Origin: Amoebidium appalachense
Taxonomy: Eukaryota; Protista; Ichthyosporea
NCBI GenBank assembly: GCA_963693365.1
Contig: CAVNZM010000001.1
Location: 15,052,418-15,116,417, forward strand
Direction: 5' to 3'
Length of the DNA: 64,000 nucleotides
Both the position numbers and the translations under genes were made by a program. Below the pieces are notes generated by a model that searched no databases, was not told the origin of the DNA, and saw only the letters and a program-made list of their open reading frames with translations. Shown one piece after another: positions 50,453-62,976 of this stretch; position 1 is the stretch's first letter; every line of letters begins with the position of its first letter.

Positions 50453-52351
50453 TGAGTTATTAGGTGGGAGATCTTGCTGTGCGTAAGGGTGGTATTGCTT
50501 TGCAAAAGAACGCTATTCTGTGCTCCCGTTACGGTACTTAGCTGTGATTTACCTCATAGCCGGTCACACCTATTTGCTATAGTAATTCATTTTTTATTGA
50601 TTTTCCCCCCCCCCCTTCCCTCTCTAAGTAATGAGGTTAAGTGCACACGTGGCAGTGGTGATGGCGAGGTGGGGGTGGGGGTGGGGATGGGGGTTACGGG
50701 TGCAATTTTTTTTGTTTTTTTTTTCCCCCCCTTTTCAAATTTGGCCTGTAGCCCTCAACTTCCCCTGTCGAATCACCATGTTGTGTTCACTTTTGCTCGG
50801 ATGGATTTTATAAGTTTTTCAAAGGTTAGAAATGTGTAGTGGTTACTATGTGTTTCACTTTGTCACGTGTGGGGTATTGGTATGGCCATGGCTTGTTGCA
50901 GCTGACGATAAAGTTAACAAGAATTTATCCATTTTTATTGCTGCTGAGTTAACCTTTTTTTTGGAAAGCCATGGGTGTGGTTCTGAAAGAGTCATCAACT
51001 TCCAGAAAAGTGAAAAGAAAGTGCCGTGCACTGCTTGTTTTCAAAACGTTGCTGCACTATCCCCAGTCACCCACCATCCTCCTTCCCCCCTCTTCCTCCT
51101 CCTCCCCCCCCCCCCCCCCCCCCCCCCCGCCCCCTCCTTCCCCCCCCACCTCCCCTCCCCCCCCCCCCCCCCCCCCCCCCCCCTCCTCGTGTGTCCCCCT
51201 TTCGAACCGTACATTGACAATGTCGATCTTATTCTGGAATGGATTTTCTAGAATAGGTGACTGTAGAAAATGCTTATTTACGTGAGAGTATATTCTGGTT
51301 GCACACAGGTCACAATATTACAGTTGCTTTAGCATCACATGGTTCTATCATTATAGCCGTAGTTATAGACAGGGAGAAAGGGGGAACGGCATGAGGGAGG
51401 GGGGGGAGGGGGGGGGGGGGGGGGTATTTGGGTATAGCACATTGTCGAGGTATCCCCCCCCCCCCCCCCTCCCTCCCCCCTCCTCTCCCCCCCCCCCCAC
51501 CGAGGCCCCAGTGGTGGTGGTGGTAGTGGGGGGGAGGGGGGGGGGGGAGGGGAGGGGGTGGAGGAGGGGGATTAGTCAAGAACGTAAGCATTAAAGTTTT
51601 TGTCTACAAAATACCCCTCCCTTCCCCTTATCCTCTCCCCACCCCCTCCTCCCCCTCCCCCTCCCCTTCCCCCCGTCCCCCCCCCTCCCCCCTAAAGTCA
51701 GAAACCAAAGCCCTTATTCTACACTTACCCCTCCCCTCCCCTCCCATTCCCAGAGAGATCGAGGTAGGATCGATCTTGAGCCATTTTTCTTTCCCTCCTT
51801 CCCTTCCCCCCCCCCCCCCCCCCCCCCCCCCCCACCCACCCACCCACCCATCCCCCCCACCCTACTGCGATCCCCGTTTGCTTCAAGAAAAAAGACGAAG
51901 CCTCAAAAAGACAAAGAAGAATCTCGAGTGGGATAAAGCAAAAAAAGAAAAGAGGGTGTCTCTGGGGTCCTCTGGTCCGGGCAAAGCCATAATATGATCC
52001 CAGTGGATACATGCATATGCCATGTATGTGCACATGTGCGTCACGTGCAGCCAGCAGTACATATGTGAGCGAGTGTGTACTACCGAGTGGCCCAGGGCAC
52101 CTAGCAGGCCGAAACCTGGCAGTGTGCCCGCATGTTCCGCGGGTGGCACTTTTTTTTTGGGGGGGGGGGGGGGGAGGGGGGGGGGGGGGGGGGGGGGGGC
52201 GTCCGGACTCGGTGTCTGTGTGTGAATGAGCATGTGTGCCGCGTGAGGGGGGGAGGGGGGGGGGGGGGTGGAGGGGGGGTGGTTGGGTGAGATGTTGTGG
52301 GTGAGTGAGTGAGAGCAAGTGAGTGTGAGTGTGAGTGTGTGCATGTGACTC

Positions 52352-52410
<59 letters not shown>

Positions 52411-52563
52411 ACGCGCGCGCGTGTGTGTGTGCGCGTGTTTTTCCCGCGCGCACGTAGGTGCGTGTTTGTGTTTGGGGGTGGCGGTATTGGGGGGCAGGGG
52501 GGCAGGGGGGGAGCTAGAGGGAGGGGGAGGGTAAACTTGCCGGCATATTCCGTGGAAGTGGTG

Positions 52564-52594
<31 letters not shown>

Positions 52595-52757
52595 TTGCGT
52601 GCCGTGTGCCATTGGGGTGCGGTGGGGTGGGGTGTGGGCTGTGGAAGGGATGGGGTGAGTGAGTGTGTGAGTGAGTGTGTGAGTGATTGAGTGATTGAGT
52701 GGGTGAGTAAGTGAGTGAGTGAGTGAGTGAGTGAGTGAGTGAGTGAGTGAGTGAGTG

Positions 52758-52842
<85 letters not shown>

Positions 52843-52922
52843 ACGCGGTGTGTTTGTGTGCCACGGTGTGTAGTAGTCTGTATGCATGTTTGTCCGCGTG
52901 AGTGCCTGTGTGTGTGTGTGTC

Positions 52923-53016
<94 letters not shown>

Positions 53017-53520
53017 GGGTTTTTGTGTATGTGCGTGCGTGTGTGTGCACGTGTGTCACGTGTGTTTGTGTGTGTTTGTGTGCGTATGTTTGTTGTTTGT
53101 TCGCTTGAGTTCCTGTGTGTTTGTATGCCCGTGTTTAAGTGTGTGTGTCTGTGTGAGTTGGGTGTGTGTGTGTGTGTGTGTCACGGTTGGTGGGGGGGTA
53201 GGGTGGGGGAGGGGGTGGGTGGGGGGGGGAGGGGGGGGGGGGTTACTGAGCCTCGATGCTTCACTCAAATCTAATTAGAACCCCCACCCTCCCTGAGGCT
53301 CCCTCCCCTTCTCTAGGCGAATGTGGGCTACGTACTACTTCCAAGCCCTCCCCCCCCCCCCCCCCCCCCCCCCCCTTCCCGTGCACAAACTTGGCCCGAA
53401 AAAAGTTGGTTAGGACATCAAGAGCTTCTTATTGCAGGGTAAATTCGAAAACTTATACATTAAATTTTGTAGAGTGTTTGTATAAATTAGACACAGTCTA
53501 AGAAGTATGATGTGGTGTGG

Positions 53521-53810
53521 TGTGACTGAAGCACACGCGGTTGAGAATCCCTACCCTATGAACCAATGATACGGATGTAATGATTACCATGTATGGATAG
53601 CCTAGCTGAGCCCTGATCCCAGAGTACTATGTATGACCGTCACTCCTGAGCGGGTCTCAGTTGTCAGTTGAGATCAGCTGGACACAGGCACACATGAGGC
53701 CTTGCATTAAAGATGGGTCGCAACATAACCCGAGACTCTATTAAGAGCACATAGCACACAGACCACCACAGAGAACCCACAAGGACCACATACACCCATA
53801 TAACGTAACA
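53521..53810. mobile_element. Solo LTR (290 bp)
   Basis: Termini TGTGAC...GTAACA; 5-bp direct repeat TGTGG at 53516-53520 and 53811-53815. Confidence 0.7.
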
Positions 53811-54645
53811 TGTGGCACGTGTCAGTGTTTCACAATGGGATGCAGTGGCCGGCGGATAAACTCTCGACTTGAGCCTCGAGTATCAAAGAATGCGCTCTAT
53901 GGGGACGGTAACAAATAAAACCATCCAATCAGTCACTCAGACATCAATCATTTCGCAAGATCCTTTGCGCAAACCAGATTGCCGCACATATCAGCTCCGA
54001 ATTCTATTGGTCCAGGCACTGAAGTCTAGCAACGCCCTGATAGTCAGCTCTACATTCATAGCTTTGTAATATGATTTCCAAAGCAAACCCAAAAGCAGAT
54101 TGAAGAATTAAAAGAAGTGCTACAATTATAGCATTATGTTGGTGGTGATACTTTCTATTACAGCAACATGATTTCTATGACACGCAGTCTCCCATTATCC
54201 CATCCTGACGTGAGCAAATCAATATGGGGGGGTTTACGCTGTTTACTCGAGGCAAAGATATGTCAAATGGTTTTTGGGTAAATTCAAAATATCCAATTGC
54301 TACAATCGATCGAATGCGATCGGACATTTTGTTATTTGAATTCGACACATTTCGAATTTAAGGGGAAACGGATATTTGGACAAATCCCCCAATTTTAGCA
54401 TATGTCTGAATTGATTGGACAATTCCATTTATTAACTTATTCTTCGGCCGTCTGATTGGTGATTGGGCCACAATGGTTATGTGGCCAATCAGCGGCCTGG
54501 TAGAGGAGGCTTATGGGTATATAAGCCGACCATAGATCGGTCGTCTATTAGCATAATCCCCGTCGCCTCCTCTATCATCGGAGGCAACATTGGTGAGGCT
54601 CGTTCACGCTTTGGTTAGGGTAGGTCACCCTTTTAGAACTTCACC

Positions 54646-55395
54646 ATGAACGTCATTCTCGAGCAATATTCCGCCGAAGCGCGCACCCCCGTCACTGGGG
54701 ATTCGGACACCCGCGAGTCACGCTCGCAGCGCCTTCGGCAGAGCTGGGGGATGCCGGACTGCCCGTTGCTCAAGTTCCCTAGACATGCCTTTGCGAGCGG
54801 CACCCAACTCTGGCACCAACCTTACCATGGGTGACGGAGTACCGGTACCCTATGCCCAACGGTCCCCGACGCATCCCAGCCGACCCACTGCCCTGGATCC
54901 CTTCCGAGGCCAACAAGCACGTGCTCGAGGAGAACTGGGTTACCATCGGGGCACTCTGGAGCCTCATCGATGCAATGCACGACGACTGCGCGTTCCAGCG
55001 TCGGCAGTTTCCCGGCGAAAACGGCGCCCTAGTGCCTGAACCCGCGGAGCAGTTCTACCAACGACGCATTGCAGAGCTCAAGGGTGCAATCGCCGATGAG
55101 TCGCTGTGTTCCTCTCCGACCAGTGTGCACTACCAGTATATCCACGCCACAGAGGGTGCTGCCTTTGCCGAGCTGGCCCGCGCCCACATGGAGCGGGAGT
55201 ATTACTAGTACCCTCAGGCTGTTCTTTCTGAACGCTGGGGCCGCGTAATGGGCGACGCAAGGAAGAAAGAGGCAGAGTGACACAGAGGTCAACCTCGCTA
55301 CGCGCACCGCCCGTGCGGGCAACCAAAATGACAACAAGACCATGGTGAAGTCCAACACCGGCGCCAGCAGTGGGTCTGACGCCGGCCGCAACTAA
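54646..55395 (+). pseudogene. Disrupted ORF1 (gag-position ORF, function unknown) of the ITR element
   Basis: GC-rich coding-like sequence follows CCAAT motifs and a TATA (gtatataag, ~54518). Fragments 54646-54834 and 54831-55208 are joined by a frameshift, and later stops follow. Confidence 0.5.
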
Positions 55396-55836
55396 GTTTG
55401 CGGTTTCCGGCCCCTGCCGCGTAGGCAGCGGGCCTTACAAGGGGGCGTCAAGGGTGGGTGTCCACCCCAATGTGTGCTAGTTGGGTATTCAACTTGTACC
55501 CGGGGACGGTGTCTACCGGCCCCGCCCCGGTGCCAGCTCCCGCCGAGCCGGCTCCCCCCGCAAGTGGTGGCGGCGTGTTTTCCCCCGCGCCTCAACCACC
55601 ACCAGCTCCCGCGGGCGTTCCCATCGGCGTCGGACCCTCCCTGGGAAGGGGGCCCAGCCCCCCTCCCCTTGGGGCCACAGCCTGAGCCTCCAAGGCCCCC
55701 CTCCCCCATGCAGCCGCCCCAGCAAGCTCCCCGGCCACCAGACCCCCCTGCCACCGTGGGGATGTTTAGCGAGTGGCGTGCGGCGGTAATTTCGTAACTG
55801 CCTGTCAACCTGCGCCCCACTGGCCAGCTGCAGCTG

Positions 55837-56240
55837 GTGGAGCAGCTCCTCAGTGCAAACACGTGGCGCGCATATCAAGCCGACGTGACCCAGTACCTCA
55901 TCTTTTGCGCCACGTGGCACGAGTTTGCAGCCTGGCCCCTTACCAAACACCTAGCGCTGGCTTATGCGGCTCACCTCGCGCCGGTACCACTCCAGCACTG
56001 CAAGTTTGCCGCCCTGCGCCAGGTACACCTGCTGTGGCACATTCCCTATTTGGACCCGGCCATCCTTGCAACCATCAAGAAGTCCTACGGCAGGGCCCAC
56101 CAGACCACCACCGCCACCCCGCCCGACCCAAAACGGTTTGATGCACCCTGAGTCACCGGCTTGCTCATCGCACAGCTGGGCCGGCAGGACCCCGACGGTG
56201 ACCGCTGGTTAGCGGGCCCCGGGGTGCTGTTGAGCTACCT
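55837..56240 (+). pseudogene. Tyrosine recombinase fragment (core-binding/SAM-like domain up to the start of the catalytic domain)
   Basis: LLSANTWRAYQADVTQYLIFCATW..AAWPLT..LALAYAAHLA matches the Cre/DIRS/Crypton N-terminal pattern S.NT.RAY......F..WC.....P......++.Y+..L. There is an in-frame stop at 56149-56151 and no catalytic residues are seen. Confidence 0.7.
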
Positions 56241-56655
56241 TACAAGGAGAAAAACCCCCATCATGAGTCATTGTCAGGCGTTGTCACCTAGACATATGCA
56301 TTGTGTCACAGGATACATATGGGCACATGTACACGTGTGTGTATATACGTGCACACACACGAAGTGCGCGTCCGTACACTGAGTGACGCCACAAACAGTG
56401 CTTCCTACTGTAACAGATAAATCTTAGGCACGGACTGGCGCATTGATTCAATTGTTATATTGTTTCATTTGAAATTGGGGGATTTGTCCAATTATCCGTT
56501 TGAATTTGAAATGTTGCGAATTCAAATGAGCAAAATGTCCGATCGCATTCGATCAATTGTAGCAATTGGATATGTTGAATTTACCCAAAAACCATTTGAC
56601 ATATTGGTTTGCTCACTTCAGGATGGGATACTCCCATATCGCGGTACAGTAGCAA

Positions 56656-59600
56656 GGAGACTTTCTTGATTGGTTAACTACCTACGTCATCGGATTTGTC
56701 AATGAATTCCTTTTCAGTCTATAGTATAAACCGTTAACATCTTTTGTTTTATTCAGGAGACTTTCTTGATTGGTTAACGACCTACGTCATCGGATTTGAA
56801 TTCCCTTTCAGTATATAAACCGCTTACATCTTTTGTTTTATTCAGGCCCAACACCATGGCCTCCCAGCACGACCTCGTCCCTCTCGATGGCAAGCGGGTG
56901 CACAGTCCCGAGCAGTCCCCCCCGCCCCAACATGCAAACCGGTTTGGAGCCCTCGCTATCGAAAACTCCGACGACATCATGGATTTTGAGTCCCAGCAGG
57001 CGAGTCAGCAGGTTGTGCTGTCTACTCCACAACCTTCCATCCCAGCCGCTAAGAAGTTGAACACAAGACCAACACAGACGAACTCAAGAACCTACGTGAT
57101 GAAAGTGCCCGCCTTCGCGTCCAAGTGACTGAGCTCCTGCAGCAGGTGAAGGAACTCAATGCCACCCTGGCTCGTTTCATCGATACGTCTTCACCTTCCC
57201 GTGAGCAGCCGGTGGGGCCGGCCACTGCGGCAGCTGCTGCGGCCTCTCCCCCTCACGGTGGTGGCCCTCGCATTCCCACCGTCATTCCGGAACGGTCGGA
57301 GATTCGCAGAGCCGCCCTCCCTGCCAATTCCAACCCCGTTTCCTATGCTGCCGCGGTTGCTCGCTCCGAGGAGGACGCACTTCGTGAGGAGGCCAACATA
57401 ATTGGCTCGGTCAGTCAAGGGCAAGCCTAGCGAACGGAGGCTGTTGACAGCTTTGTGGCCGCTGTCAAGCGCCTTCGTGAACGGTGCCGTCCCCGTCCTG
57501 TCAACCTCATGCCACATCAGGACCAAGCCCGTGCTCAGTCTACCACTTTCAAACCCGTCTACGTCACCCTTGCCGAGTCGCGGCCCCATCTCGCAGATCA
57601 AGCAAGATTTTCGGGCAATTCATGCGCGCACAAGCAATATTCGCAATTATCCCTTCATCGGCGGCCGTGTGGTTGAGCTTCTTGTTGAGGAGGACTACAA
57701 GGCTGAGTTGTGTACCAAGCTGCGCAACCTTCTGCACCTCGAAATTCTGGACTCGGCGGCTTTTCAGCCTGATGCGCTCGGTAACATTCGGCAACAGAAA
57801 TTTATGGACGCCGGCAAAACCGCTGTGGACATGCTTCGCGGGCGGTGACATATACTAATCCGTCTCAGCAGATCATCCTAAGTCTACGATCAAGATCGGG
57901 GGGGGGGGGGGGGGGGGGGGGGGGGGTGGCCCGGGTCCACAGATCATCAAGATGAAGTCCGGGGCCTCAAGATAGCTGTACAGCTGCGAGCATCTTGCCT
58001 CTGCCGGCGCAGGGCAGGACCACGTCAGCTGGAGCAGCCGACCAACTTGAATAGGATTAGAAATAGTGTGTAGGATAGATCGTAGGAGGACTTTGGAAAG
58101 TATTAAGTTCGGGCAGAAGCCCTTATAAAGTTTGGCAAGTTCCGAGATAGTGCTGTCTGCCAAATGTATGTATATATTGTAGTAGAGGAAAGTGTAGAGG
58201 GGGGGGAGGGCCCGGGGGGGGAGATAGTATGAAATGTAGATTTAGACTCTGCGGTGCCACTAGGGGAAGGGAGAGGGGAGAGACTCAGATACTTATATTA
58301 GTGTGAGCCGATCGACTTAGCTCGTGCAGGCGCACGATAGAGTTCCTTAGATCGGAATGTATGGAATGTGGCATCGTAGGGGGCCAGGTGATGATGGTCT
58401 TTGAGGGCACGGCCTTGATGGCCTCAGTTGTGACTTAGCTGGATGCCGTTCGGATCTCAGTCTGCCCGTCGGAGCCTGGTCTGTAATAAACTTTACCGTT
58501 TTCGTGCACGTTCGTTCCTTTCCGTGTGGGTACCCTTAGTAGAGTGCCGCGTCTCTTAGTACACGCACGTTAGGATACGACAGGCGGTTGCAGAAACAGG
58601 TGGCCTTTTTCGAGCGGGCGGACATCGGATTGGCGCACAGCAGGCCGCTGCCGGAAATTAAATGGCTCAACAACCTCAACCTCTTCCTTTTTTGTTTTGG
58701 AATGTTCAGGGTTTACAATCCTCGCAATTGCAATACATTTTCGACTCGGTTCGTACCTATTCTTTTATTGTTCTTGCCGAGACATGGTTCTATAATCATC
58801 ATCAGTTGGAGCAATCTGGATTTTTGATTGGGTCTTCGTCATCGACTGGTTTCTCCCGAGGCGGCATGGCGGTTTTAGCCAATCATAGCATTCGTTCGGA
58901 TTGCAGGGGCATTGCGGCGCATGAGTATTTTGTCACCATTCAGTTTCGTGCGTGGACTTTGTCTTTCGTGTACGTTCCTCCGTCGTTAGGTACTGACACT
59001 TTGTCAGCCGTGGTTAACCAAATTCCCGTTTCTCAAGTTTTTGTCGGTGACTTCAATTGTCCAGTGGTTCCGTGTGATAGGGTACATATCCCGTTTCCAG
59101 CACAGTTTCGTCCTTTTTCTGACCGTGCTCGTGTCCTCGCCAACCTTCTTCGAAAGCACCTTGTCCGTCTTCCTCGCGTTTTCGCTTCCTAACGTGTCCA
59201 CGGTTCCATTACCGCCCGCTGGCCTCTCCCAGCCGTCGAGTTGCGAGCCGGACCGATCGTTCCCGGGCACTTTTCACAGTTATTTCAACTCTTCGGCTGT
59301 TTTTGGTGCTATACGGGCGTTAAAACCCCGCAAAGCGTACGGGCCGGATGCTCTTCCTCCCGTGCTTTTCAAGGTTCTTTCTCCCGTTCTTCCGCCCCGT
59401 AATCGTGCAGAGTCCCCCCCGCCCCCGCCTTTTGCTGTCCTTCTTAGTGAGTTTTTTTCGGCTTTTTTCGAACTCGGGTTTATTCCCAATTCGTGGCTTG
59501 ACACAATCGTTACGCCCGTTCGTAAAAAGGTATCGCAGGGGGTCATTAACGACTTTCGTCCCGTCACACTTACCAACGTTTTTCGTCGGCTCTTCGAAGG

Positions 59601-61423
59601 TTGCATGCTTCGCGCGTTTAACACCGACGATTCTTTAAACGCCGTGTTCCGTCTTTCTTCCCTTCAAGGGGGCTTTCGTCATGCCTATTCGTGTTATACC
59701 CACAGCCTGTTACTCCATGAATCCATTACTTCTGGCTCTCCGCACGTTGTCTTCATCGACCTTAAGAGCGCCTACGACCCACTGGTTTGTTATGGCATAA
59801 GCTGGCTATGCGGGGCTTACCAGCCCCCTTTGGCCGTCTTCTGCAAGCCCTGTTCGATACTACTCGCGGACGAGCGGCGGTCAATGGGACATTAACACCC
59901 GGTTTTTCTCGTTCTTGGGGTCTTCTGCAGGGGTCCCTCCTGAGTCCGTTGTTGTTTGACGTTTTCATCGACGATTTAGCCTGCGCCCTCGAACCTTTTG
60001 GCCAACTGCATACCCGTCGTGTACCGGGTCTCCTTTTTGCAGACGATATTGTTCTTTGTTCCTTAACCGAAGACGTCATGCACCAGATGCTTCGTCAGGT
60101 GGATCAATGGTGCACCGAGAATCTCATGACAGTCGGGATTGCAAAGTGTGCTACTTTTTCGAAAAACGCTTCCTTTCGATTGGCCGGTCTTCCTATTCCT
60201 GTTCAAAGCACCTATGACTATTTGGGTTTTCCTTTTACTGCACGGGGCATTGATTTCCGCAAGCTCCGACTCACGGCACGGATCGCTCGTGCAAAGGGTA
60301 AGCTTCGTCATCGTGTCAACTATGTTTCAACGGGAGTCTGTGATGCAACCTGCGAACCTTCTTCTCTACTATAAAACTTTCTTACGGCCGACTTTCGAAT
60401 ATGGACTTCCGCTATTGGCCTGCGCCCCACCTCGCGAGGCGGCCGTGGCGCTGAAAGAGTTCGACGATTTTCAGGGTACTGCGCTCAGGCTGCGCACTTT
60501 GTTTCGTACTCGGTTTGTGCCTCCCTTAATTAGTATGTTTGGATTGTCGTCTGCTGTTTGTCGTATGGAGGAATTGTCTCTTCGTTTTTGTTTTCATTTA
60601 GTTAGGATACCTGATGGTCACCCTCTTTATGCTTTCTTTCCCCCCCTCCCTCCACCCCTCTTCCCCCCCGATTCACCAACGCTACTTCTGAATGTCCTCA
60701 GCCTACCCTCTTTCAACCTGATTCTTCCTCTCAGAACCTCACACCCTCTTTCTTTTCTCTTCCTGTTTTTTCTGCCTTTTCCAGTTATTACCATACGCAG
60801 TATATTAAGTTTCTTTCTCGTTCTGATAGAGAAATCAAAGGTAAAACTCAGTCGGCATGTGTTATGTTCCTTAGGCAACACCGTACTGATCATTATCGCT
60901 TTTTGGGAGCTTTGGCAGGATACATTTCTCCTGCTGTACGTATGGATACCACCCTAGTAGATAAGTCTGTATGGTGCTCTGATGTTGATATTGCCTGGGA
61001 AGCTGTGCAGTGGCGTTTGTAATTTTTTTTTCCTTAGCCGCTGGTGCCACTTTTGTGCTGAACTTTTTAATCTAAAGCATGTTGATAGGTGTGAGTTTTT
61101 ATGCCGCGTTTTACCTCTTTCCCTACGGGTGTCTGCAGCTACACTGGCTGGCAATGTGACCACTTTAGACTTTTTGTTGAATTCTGTTGGTCGTCACATT
61201 GAGTATTTATATGATTTCCACACAGTGTTCAGGTATCTCAGTATGCACTTGTTACTGGATAACTCGTTATGTTTTTATTGTTATGCCGTGCATACTTGCA
61301 TATCTTTCCCCGTCGTATAAATCCAGTCAAAAGAAAAAAAAAGTTTTTATTGTCTTCTCAGTATGCCGTGCATACTTGCATATCTTTCCGTCGAATAAAT
61401 CCAGTCAAAAGAAGAAAAAAAAA
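56656..61423 (+). mobile_element. Decayed LINE with both ends: 5' monomers, ORF1, ORF2 (APE endonuclease-RT-CCHC) and a duplicated A-tailed 3' end
   Basis: Near-perfect TSD ACAGTAGCAA (56646-56655) / ACAGTATCAA (61424-61433). APE motifs: WNVQGL, VLAETW, YVPP, VGDFN. RT motifs: KAYGPD, FRPVTL, QGGFR, IDLKSAYD, GLLQGSLLSPLLF, LFADD, YDYLG. C-terminal CHFC...H...C. Several frameshifts and an internal deletion. Confidence 0.93.
57846..58582. mobile_element. Solo LTR (737 bp) inserted in LINE ORF1
   Basis: Termini TGACATATACTAA...TTAGGATACGACA (10/13 inverted match); TSD GGCGG at 57841-57845 and 58583-58587; AATAAA at ~58485. Removing it rejoins ORF1 in frame (DMLRGR|LQKQVAFF). Confidence 0.85.
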
Positions 61424-61788
61424 ACAGTATCAAACGTTATCGCACAGGAAGGATAAAATCGATCTATGGGGTCCGCTTGGGTATTTTTGGGTATTTATGT
61501 ATGCGTGTACATATGTAGCCTACGCCGCGGGCAGACCACAGGCCTACACAGAAAAAAGGCTGAAGTTATTGTAGTATAGTGTGCGCTTGCAAGCACTTCA
61601 AATACGGCATGTTTTGTTAAACTGTATCTCAACTATAGGGGTGCTAGTACAAACTGACTGACACTTACTGTTGTTTATTTTACGATCGCTCATTTCCGCC
61701 TCTCGTTTTTCTTTCGAGAAATCCTTTGTACATCACCAACACGGTACATCACCAACCTCCAAAAACCTCACACACACAACACAGAAAC

Positions 61789-62976
61789 ATGGACGTAATT
61801 ATCAGAACCCGTCGCGAGCTTTCAGGCGTCGCCTGGGAGCTACCCTCCACCCAAGACTTATTCTCAAACCCTCCACCCTGCTTCTACTACCTCATTGGGT
61901 TTGGTTTAGCCTTTACCGTTCTTGTCACCGTTGATTGTATACTTCACACCATAAAACACAAACAGGCTAGCGAGCGAAACACAGTCAGGAAGTATACGTT
62001 GATCATCCTGCCGGTGCTGCCTTTTGTATCCACTCTGTCCGTTGTGTGTATAATGGTCCCCAGGGCATCGCCACTCTTCGAAGTCTTCCTGGCTGTGTAA
62101 GTGCAAAGACGATTCCTCGTCCTCCGTTAAAACCCCTGGGATGCAAGTCGTGTTCTTGCCCTTTTAGTTTCCTACGGCATCTGGCGGCATGAGACATCCC
62201 TTCCCCCCTCCCCACTCCCCTCTTTATATTCCCCCCTGTACCTTCCACTGCCTTCTCATGCCCCTTTCCCCTCCCCTTCACTCACTCCTCCAGCACATCG
62301 CGCTCCACAAACGCACATCTGCAGACACAAGCAAAATACCCATGTACCCCCCCCCCCCCCCCCCCCCCCTCCCCCCCCCCCCCCCCCCCCCCCCCACCCA
62401 CACACACACACACACACACAGGGGCTGTAGAGCATTTGCCTCGTACAGCCCTACCCGTGTTTGCACTCTCACACAAGCATCTCGGGTTCCAACATCTATT
62501 TCACTGCAGTTAGTTTTACTGTGTTACGTTGTACGGCAGATGTTTTCCACCCCTGTTCAGACAACAGCACCTCAAATGCTGATTCTCTTTGGAAACCTGG
62601 GTTATTGTTTCTTCGTTCTCTCTTGCCCCTCGAGCTATTCATAAAACGTGTAAATTAAATATCCGACGGCATACCATAATATAGACAGAACTGACCAAAG
62701 AAATAGACTTCTCTACACGACACTTACAAACCTCGCCCACAGTAACACAGTAAAAATGCAGGAAAATACTATGATCCAAATTCACTCACTCTCATCCTTC
62801 CCACACAGATATGAGGTGATCGTGCTACGTACCCTCATGGCGCTGTATGGTGCGTATTTTGGGGGAGATGATCACATGGCGAGATATCTCTCCCGGCTGC
62901 CCAAACGCCACTTTCTCTCCCCGTTCCCTTGCTGCTTCGCCTTCATATGCTTCCCGTTCACCGTCACAATGACCAG
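61789..62976 (+). CDS. Organic solute transporter alpha / TMEM184 family membrane protein, 5' part (continues beyond the window)
   Basis: Exon 61789-62096 splices in phase 2 to 62809-62976. Hydrophobic helices are followed by YEVIVLRTLMALYGAYFGG and a PFPCC Cys motif typical of OST-alpha. Confidence 0.75.

Larger units (their letters stand above)
54196..56630 (+). mobile_element. 2.4-kb element with ~160-bp terminal inverted repeats, a 7-bp flanking direct repeat, a decayed ORF1 and a tyrosine recombinase remnant
   Basis: The left ITR (54196-54395) and right ITR (56472-56630) align as reverse complements (TATCCCATCCTGA.GTGAGCAAA.CAATATG...GGACAAATCCCCCAATTT). CTCCCAT occurs at 54189-54195 and 56631-56637. 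Confidence 0.85.

Noticed and set aside
58440-58500. Minus-strand peptide YRPGSDGQTE resembling the integrase motif YHPQxDGQTE
   Set aside because: It lies within a bounded solo LTR, is followed by a stop and has no other integrase motifs. Probably chance.
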